Shown: in pieces, positions 58,070 to 64,000 of the stretch
Layout of the letters: every line of letters starts with the position of its first letter
Position numbering within the stretch: position 1 is the stretch's first letter
Source of the DNA: Thermoanaerobaculia bacterium
GTDB taxonomy: Bacteria > Acidobacteriota > Thermoanaerobaculia > Multivoradales > J023
Length of the DNA stretch: 64,000 nucleotides
Assembly (NCBI GenBank): GCA_028066595.1
Contig: JALCBJ010000030.1
Location: forward strand, 8,580-72,579
Reading direction: 5' to 3'
The notes under the pieces: model-generated
Told to the model about the DNA's origin: nothing
Databases searched by the model: none
What the model saw: the letters and a program-made list of their open reading frames with translations, nothing else
Position numbers and translations under genes: made by a program

Positions 58070-58585
58070 TCAGCCCCGCTGGGCGAAAGCCAATCGGAGC
58101 TGAGCCAAGGCATCCTGGAGCATCGCGTCCTCGGCGGGTGCCAGGTTGCCCTGTGTCTTGTCTCGAAGCACTCCCAGCAGGTCGAGATAGAGCTGTGCCT
58201 GCTCCAGACTCTCCGATCTTGCCTGCGGCCGGGAGGCCTGTTGGAGAAACGTGACGGTGGTCTGGGCCAGCAGCGCCACGAGATCCTCGAAGTGGGCTCC
58301 AGATGGGTAGTCCGCCTTGGCGGGAGGCTCTGGCTCGCGCGTCTCGGCGGCCAGATCTTGCGACTGTGAAGCCGCTGGGCTGGAGGTGGCGGCCGGAGAA
58401 GACCCCGATGGGTCTGGGGTATGGACCGAGGCGCTCTCGGCCGGCCGGGAGTCCAGGTTCTTGAATTCTTCGCGTAGCTCGCCCTCGGGAGTGAACATGC
58501 GCTTGTCGGTGACTTTGATCTGTTTGTCGGCTGGTGTCCGGTCAGTCAAGAGGTCGTACCTCGAATGGAAGCCTGCGTGGTGCAA
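58070..58585 (-). CDS. DUF1844 domain protein
   Basis: C-terminal FEDLVALLAQTTVTFLQQ...LYLDLLGVLRDKTQGNLAPAEDAMLQDALAQLRLAF fits the DUF1844 pattern (DLLGVL..KT.GNL...E). The N-terminal part is low-complexity. Confidence 0.55.
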   Translation of the reverse strand: MHHAGFHSRYDLLTDRTPADKQIKVTDKRMFTPEGELREEFKNLDSRPAESASVHTPDPSGSSPAATSSPAASQSQDLAAETREPEPPAKADYPSGAHFEDLVALLAQTTVTFLQQASRPQARSESLEQAQLYLDLLGVLRDKTQGNLAPAEDAMLQDALAQLRLAFAQRG

Positions 58586-58683
58586 TGGTAGGAATGTTCG
58601 CGAAGGGCCGCCGGTCGTCGGTCGGCGCCAAGCTCAAATGCTGACGATCGCCCATTTTACCCACATCTATCGAGGTTTATGAA

Positions 58684-59487
58684 TTGAGGGGCACGATCGA
58701 CGATCTGCTGGAACTGGTGCGCAGGCTCAGGGCTCCCGACGGATGTCCCTGGGACCGCGAACAGACGCTCCAAACGGTCCGTGCCTATTTGCTGGAAGAG
58801 GCGCACGAGGCTGCGCATGCGATCGACGAAAACGATCCCCAAGCCTTGCGCGCCGAGCTGGGGGATCTACTCTTCCAGGTCGCCTTCGTCGGCGTATTGG
58901 CGGAGGAGCAAGGAGAATTCCGGCTCGCCGACTCGATTCGGACGGTGCATCGCAAGATGGTGGCTCGGCATCCTCACGTCTTCGCTACCTCTTTGGAAGA
59001 GTCGAACTCCGACTTGGATGCCGCAGAGGTGTCGCGACGTTGGGAGGCCCGCAAAGCTTCGGAGAAGCGGGCAGGAGAGTCACTTCTCGACGGCATCGCG
59101 CCGACTCTGCCGGCGCTGACGGCAGCCTATCGGCTAGGCCAGAAGGCAGCCGGTGTGGGTTTCGACTGGCCCGATATCGGCCCTGTGCTCGACAAGGTTC
59201 GGGAGGAGCTCACCGAGGTCGAGGCAGAGATCGCAGCCGACCCGAGCAAGACGCAGCGCCGACGCCTCGAGGAGGAGGTCGGAGATCTGCTTTTCGCCAT
59301 CGTCAATCTGGCCCGGCACCTCGCGCTAGATCCGGAGGCCTCGCTGGCGCGCACCAACGCCAAGTTCAGACGGCGCTTCGCGTTTGTCGAAGCGGAGCTC
59401 CGGCGTCGAGACCGAGATCCGACGGACTCGTCGCTGGAGGAGATGGACGCGATCTGGAATGCCGCCAAGGCGGACGAAGCACGATAG
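58684..59487 (+). CDS. mazG: Nucleoside triphosphate pyrophosphohydrolase MazG
   Basis: Tandem MazG domains: CPWDREQTLQTVRAYLLEEAHEAAHAI...ELGDLLFQVAF, and a second EEVGDLLFAIVNLARHL. Confidence 0.85.
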   Translation: MRGTIDDLLELVRRLRAPDGCPWDREQTLQTVRAYLLEEAHEAAHAIDENDPQALRAELGDLLFQVAFVGVLAEEQGEFRLADSIRTVHRKMVARHPHVFATSLEESNSDLDAAEVSRRWEARKASEKRAGESLLDGIAPTLPALTAAYRLGQKAAGVGFDWPDIGPVLDKVREELTEVEAEIAADPSKTQRRRLEEEVGDLLFAIVNLARHLALDPEASLARTNAKFRRRFAFVEAELRRRDRDPTDSSLEEMDAIWNAAKADEAR

Positions 59488-59536
59488 CTCCGGCTGGTAT
59501 GCTCGGCTCTTCCGAAGGTGATGAGGGAGTTCCGCG

Positions 59537-60841
59537 GTGTCGCGAGGGCCCATCGACCGACGCCTCACACATGTGTCGTCGCCGGAGTTTCAGATGAAGA
59601 CCTACTACCTCACCGTGGGCGATCAGAGAGTGGCTCTACCGCCCGGTGTGACCCTCGCCAGATGGTCGGAAGAACGGAAGCATTGCCAGAACCCGCGTAT
59701 CCGGGCGTTTCTCGGCTGCATCCAGATGCTGGCCGACGTCATGGAGTCGAATTACGCGATCCTCCATTGCTCGCCCGAGCGACTCCTGGAGATCTGGCGC
59801 AAGGTGCGTGAAGTCACCGATCTGATGCTGGGTGAGCTGGCGCCCCTGCTGGAGATCCCCTCGTGTCTACCCGCATTGGACGACGCACGCGCTACCGCCA
59901 AGGTAGCCCTCGACATGCTGGCCGAGACCGAGATCACGGTGCTGCGTTCGCTCCCGGTGGAGGTTCCGGCAGACAGCATGTTGGAGGTGCGCAAGCAACT
60001 CTGCGTGTCCATCGGCAAGCTGCACAACTTTCTTCAGGACGCGTTCGGCGAGCTGATGGCCGCCGATCCCCGCAGCATTCACAACGCGGACTATTTCCTT
60101 TCGAAGCGCTTTCCCCAGGATGTGGAGGAAGCGGAGTGGCTGCATTCGACGGTCAACAAGCTGCAGGTCTTTCTCGAGGATCTCCACGAGGAGCGATGCA
60201 GGTCCTTGATACCGATGTTGGACTATCTCCGTCGGGAACAGACACTGCCCACGGCACGAACCTGGGAACCTTGCAAGCAGCTCTTGAGCATCTTGGTGGA
60301 CGACCTGACGCCGCGTCTGCGCGAGATCCTGGCACTGCGCGGCATCCGCTTCCAGGAGATGGAAACTCTCGACCGCTATACCGCCACGATTCCGATCCAT
60401 TGCTCGATCATCCTAGAGCTGTACGACAACGCCAGACACGCCACCGACCGGGTGAAGTCCGCTGCCGCCAGGGCGTCTGCTCGACCTGCCATCGAGCAGG
60501 GTGTGCACGACCTGGTGACGGTTCACGAGGTGGTGACTGCGCGCATCGTGGAGCTAGCCTGCGACGTCGATACGGTACTCAAAGACCTGATCTCGTTCGT
60601 TCCGCTCTGGATCGATGCCATCGAGAAGCGTCGCGCCCTTCTGCTACGACGGGGACCGTTGAACGGTGAGCAACAGCGGGCCGTTCACCAGATCCTGACG
60701 CAAGACGAAACCCACGATCCCGACGACGAGGCCGTGGCGGAGTCGTGGGCCAAACGAACCGGCATCTACTCTTGGGACGACGAGGAGGACGAAGAGGAGT
60801 CCCGCGACGGTTCCACGCCGGAAGCTGCCCTCAGAATCTGA
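59537..60841 (+). CDS. Hypothetical protein (434 aa; acidic DDEEDEEE C-terminal tail)
   Basis: Long ORF with high GC3. It may start at the GTG at 59537 (GAGGGA SD) or at MKTYYLTV at 59597. No family recognised. Confidence 0.5.
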   Translation: MSRGPIDRRLTHVSSPEFQMKTYYLTVGDQRVALPPGVTLARWSEERKHCQNPRIRAFLGCIQMLADVMESNYAILHCSPERLLEIWRKVREVTDLMLGELAPLLEIPSCLPALDDARATAKVALDMLAETEITVLRSLPVEVPADSMLEVRKQLCVSIGKLHNFLQDAFGELMAADPRSIHNADYFLSKRFPQDVEEAEWLHSTVNKLQVFLEDLHEERCRSLIPMLDYLRREQTLPTARTWEPCKQLLSILVDDLTPRLREILALRGIRFQEMETLDRYTATIPIHCSIILELYDNARHATDRVKSAAARASARPAIEQGVHDLVTVHEVVTARIVELACDVDTVLKDLISFVPLWIDAIEKRRALLLRRGPLNGEQQRAVHQILTQDETHDPDDEAVAESWAKRTGIYSWDDEEDEEESRDGSTPEAALRI

Positions 60842-60844
60842 GTT

Positions 60845-62041
60845 TCAGCCAGGCAGCGCCTGGTAGAGATCGTCCCAGAGATCCTCGACGTCTTCGATAC
60901 CGATGGAAAGGCGGACCAGCCCGTCGCCGATTCCGAGCTCGCGTCGTTCTTCGGCTGGGAGCGCCGCGTGAGAGGACTTGGCGGGCGAGACCGCGAGACT
61001 CTCCAGTCCACCCAAGCTCGGCGCGTGTAGGAACAGCTTCACCGACGTGAGGAGGCGCCGCGCAGCGGGCCAGCCGCCCACCACGTCGATTGCGATCATG
61101 TGACCGAAGCCTGCGTCTTGGGGCCCGAAGAGACGCTTCGCTCGCTGGTGGTCAGGGTGGGAGGACAGGCCAGGATAGCTGACCGAAGCGACGCCGGGAT
61201 GGCTTTGGAGCCGCCGAGCAAGCTCCAAGGCAGAAGCGTTCTGCGCCGGGAGCCGGACCCCCAGCGTCTTGACGCCACGACGCAGCAGGTAGACGGCCTG
61301 GGGGTCTGCGGTACCGCCCAGGAGCCGAAGCTGTTGATCGATGGCACCGATGCGCGCCCGAGAGCCGAGAACCACTCCTGCGAGCACGTCCGAGTGGCCA
61401 TTGAGCGCCTTGGTCGCACTGTGGACCACCAGATCGAATCCGTACTCGATGGGGCGAAAAACCAGTGGCGTGGCGAAGGTATTGTCGATGATCGAGACCA
61501 TCCCATGGGTGCGTGCAAAGGCGACCACGGCCTCCAGATCGGCCACGTTCATCAGTGGGTTGCCGATCGTCTCCACGTAGATCGCTTTGGTGTCGGGTCG
61601 CAAACAGCCCGACCAAGAGGCGGGGTCGGAAGCGTCGATGAGATCGTGCTCCACTCCGTACTCCGGTAGCCACCGGGTGATCAACTTGTGGGTTCCACCG
61701 TAAAGACCGCGCGCTGCCAGCAAGTGGCCTCCCGATCGAACGACCGACAAGATCGAGGCCGAGATCGCAGACATACCCGACGCCGTCACCAAACCGGACT
61801 CCGCACTCTCCAGGTCGGCGAGGTGGGCGCCGAGATCTAAGGGATCGTCCGTATTGGAATAGCGGGGATAGAGCAGATCATCGTAGGCGCCTGCGACGTC
61901 GTCGTCGAGTCCCTGCGAATCGATGGTCCAGACCGTGGCACGATGGATCGGTACCACCGCATGTCGAGATCGTTCGGGTGCACGGACGGAGTGCACCAGC
62001 CGCGTGGCGAGTGAGCGGTCGGATGGGTGATCGGAGCTCAT
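60845..62041 (-). CDS. PLP-dependent trans-sulfuration enzyme (cystathionine gamma-synthase / beta-lyase / O-acylhomoserine sulfhydrylase family)
   Basis: PLP-lysine motif HSATKALNGHSDVLAGVV; 398 aa; Cys_Met_Meta_PP family features. Confidence 0.85.
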   Translation of the reverse strand: MSSDHPSDRSLATRLVHSVRAPERSRHAVVPIHRATVWTIDSQGLDDDVAGAYDDLLYPRYSNTDDPLDLGAHLADLESAESGLVTASGMSAISASILSVVRSGGHLLAARGLYGGTHKLITRWLPEYGVEHDLIDASDPASWSGCLRPDTKAIYVETIGNPLMNVADLEAVVAFARTHGMVSIIDNTFATPLVFRPIEYGFDLVVHSATKALNGHSDVLAGVVLGSRARIGAIDQQLRLLGGTADPQAVYLLRRGVKTLGVRLPAQNASALELARRLQSHPGVASVSYPGLSSHPDHQRAKRLFGPQDAGFGHMIAIDVVGGWPAARRLLTSVKLFLHAPSLGGLESLAVSPAKSSHAALPAEERRELGIGDGLVRLSIGIEDVEDLWDDLYQALPG

Positions 62042-62171
62042 GGGTGTCCTTTCGTCGGTAGGCTCCGATCGTATGCGAAGGAGACGTACAGAGGCTTACT
62101 CCTCGCTCGTGTGAATCTCGTAGGCGCGGAAGCGGGCGTGACGGTCGCCGCGAACCCGATCTGGACGTGAT

Positions 62172-63437
62172 CTAACTCGCCGGGCCCAGCGGGACAGCGT
62201 AGAGCACACCGGACGCCGTGCCGACGTAGGCGGTGTCATCGTGCACCGTGAGATTCAGAATGCTGTTGGATTCGGTGAGCATCTTCTCGATGCTCCACGA
62301 GGTCGATCGATGTCGCGTCAGATCCTTCGGAACGATCTCCGGATCGAAGAATTCGGCGTATCGCTTCTCTTCCGGTCCGAGGTGCAGCAGCAGCTCACCC
62401 TGGCCGGTCATCGTGTCGACGATGTAGAGATGGCCCGAGATCGTTCCTACGATCAGCCGGTTGCCGTGGACTTCGGGCTGCGCGAAGACCAGGGAACCGG
62501 TCCGGAAGAGGAACCTCAGCGCACCGGTGTCCTTGCGATGGCCCAGGACCGCCATGCCGTCGGACAGCCCGTAGTAGACCGCGTCTTCCGTCAGGACGGC
62601 GGGGGAGCCCATCCAGCTGGCACCGACCTTGGAGCTCCAGGCTTCGGTTCCGTCCTTGGCGTTGAGTGCGTAGAAGTAGGTATTGCGGTTGCCGACGAAG
62701 ATCCGGTCGCCGTCGATCTCCGGCGACAGATGAAAGCCCGCATAGCCGATCCAGTCGACACCCTTGCTGGGTGGCATCGAGGCTCGGAACCTCCAGCGGA
62801 CCTTGCCGCTCTCTTTTTCGAGGCCATAGACACTGTGGTTCCAGCAAGCGATGACGAGCAGATCTTGGAAAGACACCGGATCGGCAGTCACCGGTCCCAC
62901 CGGTACCGCCCATCGCCTCTCGCCCGTTGCGCGATGTACGGCGAGTACACCGTCGCTGGAACCGAAATATACGGTCTCGCCATCGACCATCGGCGCCGAT
63001 CGGTACCAGCCCCAGGGATCGGGCAAGATCTCGTCTCCCCAGCCCCAGGTCCGTCCGTCGACCAGCGGGCCCCGGTCCTCGTGCTCGTAGCTCCAGAGCC
63101 GCTTGCCTTCCTCGTCGAGGGCGTACAAGCCCTCGGACGAGTGGACGTAGAGGTCGGCGCCGTCGATGTCGATGCGAGCGGCGATGGTTCCGGGCAGCTC
63201 CCGCTGCCACCGCTCCTCGCCCTGGAGATCTAGGGCATGGACGGTGTTGCCACCCGCCAGATAGATCGTCGGGCCGACGACGGTGGGTTTGGCGATGACC
63301 TTGCCACCGGCCTCGAATTGCCAGGACACGGTTCGAGGCTCTGTAGGTTTTTGTTCGTCGGCGGACGAGATGCCAGCGAACAGGAGAAGGATCGTCAGGG
63401 CTGGGGCACGGGTGAAGGTTCGTTGTCGGTTCTTCAT
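62172..63437 (-). CDS. Secreted PQQ-like beta-propeller repeat protein (BamB/PQQ_2-type repeats)
   Basis: ORF 62172..63665, trimmed to MKNRQRTFTRAPALTILLLFAGISSADEQ (ATG at 63437, GAGGAG RBS). Repeated ...Y.G..DG.LYA.D..TG...W motifs. Confidence 0.65.
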   Translation of the reverse strand: MKNRQRTFTRAPALTILLLFAGISSADEQKPTEPRTVSWQFEAGGKVIAKPTVVGPTIYLAGGNTVHALDLQGEERWQRELPGTIAARIDIDGADLYVHSSEGLYALDEEGKRLWSYEHEDRGPLVDGRTWGWGDEILPDPWGWYRSAPMVDGETVYFGSSDGVLAVHRATGERRWAVPVGPVTADPVSFQDLLVIACWNHSVYGLEKESGKVRWRFRASMPPSKGVDWIGYAGFHLSPEIDGDRIFVGNRNTYFYALNAKDGTEAWSSKVGASWMGSPAVLTEDAVYYGLSDGMAVLGHRKDTGALRFLFRTGSLVFAQPEVHGNRLIVGTISGHLYIVDTMTGQGELLLHLGPEEKRYAEFFDPEIVPKDLTRHRSTSWSIEKMLTESNSILNLTVHDDTAYVGTASGVLYAVPLGPAS

Positions 63438-63520
63438 GGGCTCTCCTCGGTCAACCATGTTTCGGATGAGCCGTAGATTGGGGAGAAGGCGCGCGAAACA
63501 CCATGAAAGAAGACTGAGAG

Positions 63521-64000
63521 TTGGCTGAGAAAACGTCACCGAGCCGGTTCCTCGTCGGTGATCTCCGGGTCGATTTCGAGCGCGGGGAGATCCAGCGGGG
63601 CGACGAGGTCTGCCGGCTTGGCGGCCAGCCGCTAGCCATCCTCTCGGTATTGCTGCGGAGTCCATCGCACAGCGTCAGTCGGGAGGAGCTCCACGGCCTG
63701 CTGTGGCCGGAGCAGAGCTTCGGGGATCTGGATCAGCGGCTCAACGCAGCCATCCGTTTGTTGCGCCGCAGCCTAGGCGATTCGACCGAAGGGCCGCGGT
63801 ACCTGGAAACGCTGAGAGGTCGGGGATATCGCATCTGCGCACCCGTCGAGGTCTTGCCCGTACCCAAGACGGGCGATGCCGAACCGTCGTTGCCACGCCT
63901 CGCGACGCCTGTCCTGCTCGTGCTTGGATTGGTGCTTCTGGGTTTCCTCGCGTCGAACCGGACGCGCGAACCCGTTGTAACCGAGTCGCGACCGCTGCGG
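63521..64000 (+). CDS. OmpR/CadC-type winged-helix DNA-binding domain protein followed by a TM helix; 3' end beyond the window edge
   Basis: My own translation: ...RFLVGDLRVDFERGEIQRGDEVCRLGGQPLAILSVLLRSPSHSVSREELHGLLWPEQSFGDLDQRLNAAIRLLRRSLGD...PRYLETLRGRGYRI (Trans_reg_C signature), then the hydrophobic PVLLVLGLVLLGFL. Start is uncertain (possible TTG at 63521). Confidence 0.55.
   Translation, partial: MAEKTSPSRFLVGDLRVDFERGEIQRGDEVCRLGGQPLAILSVLLRSPSHSVSREELHGLLWPEQSFGDLDQRLNAAIRLLRRSLGDSTEGPRYLETLRGRGYRICAPVEVLPVPKTGDAEPSLPRLATPVLLVLGLVLLGFLASNRTREPVVTESRPLR

Overview
High-GC (~67-68%) bacterial chromosomal window, densely coding on both strands. The gene content looks Acidobacteriota-like: two ADOP/FtsX-type 'duplicated orphan permease' genes (one with its PadR partner), a DUF1800/DUF1501 pair and an S46 peptidase. 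Read from the translated ORFs: (i) a co-directional envelope block on the minus strand at 1..8872 (DUF1800, DUF1501, a ~1100-aa polytopic GT-C-like membrane protein, a GT2 polyprenyl-phosphate sugar synthase-like gene and a partial flippase-like membrane protein); (ii) c-di-GMP genes (a membrane GGDEF and an FHA-GGDEF) flanking an orphan ADOP permease; (iii) clpS-clpA; (iv) a lipid module of a PlsC-family O-acyltransferase, an OlsB/FeeM-like N-acyltransferase and an MMPL exporter; (v) a GNAT, the S46 peptidase, asnB, and a His-rich protein next to a TonB-dependent receptor; (vi) PadR + ADOP with a GTGA overlap; (vii) the most unusual gene, a CheY-type receiver domain fused in frame to a catalytically intact LpxC lipid-A deacetylase; (viii) a recC-recB-recD operon with GTGA stop/start overlaps; (ix) a di-haem cytochrome c peroxidase and a TPR lipoprotein; (x) an IS200-like Y1 (RAYT) transposase flanked by inverted REP-like hairpins, sitting next to polB; (xi) an alpha/beta hydrolase, an ECF sigma factor with a small membrane protein, and an SRAP/YedK peptidase; (xii) a DUF4388 / TPR membrane protein / DUF1844 / MazG cluster, a hypothetical 434-aa protein, a MetB-family PLP enzyme, a PQQ beta-propeller protein and a partial OmpR/CadC-type winged-helix regulator at the window edge. 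I saw no rRNA, tRNA or CRISPR array. Many long antisense ORFs are GC-driven artefacts.
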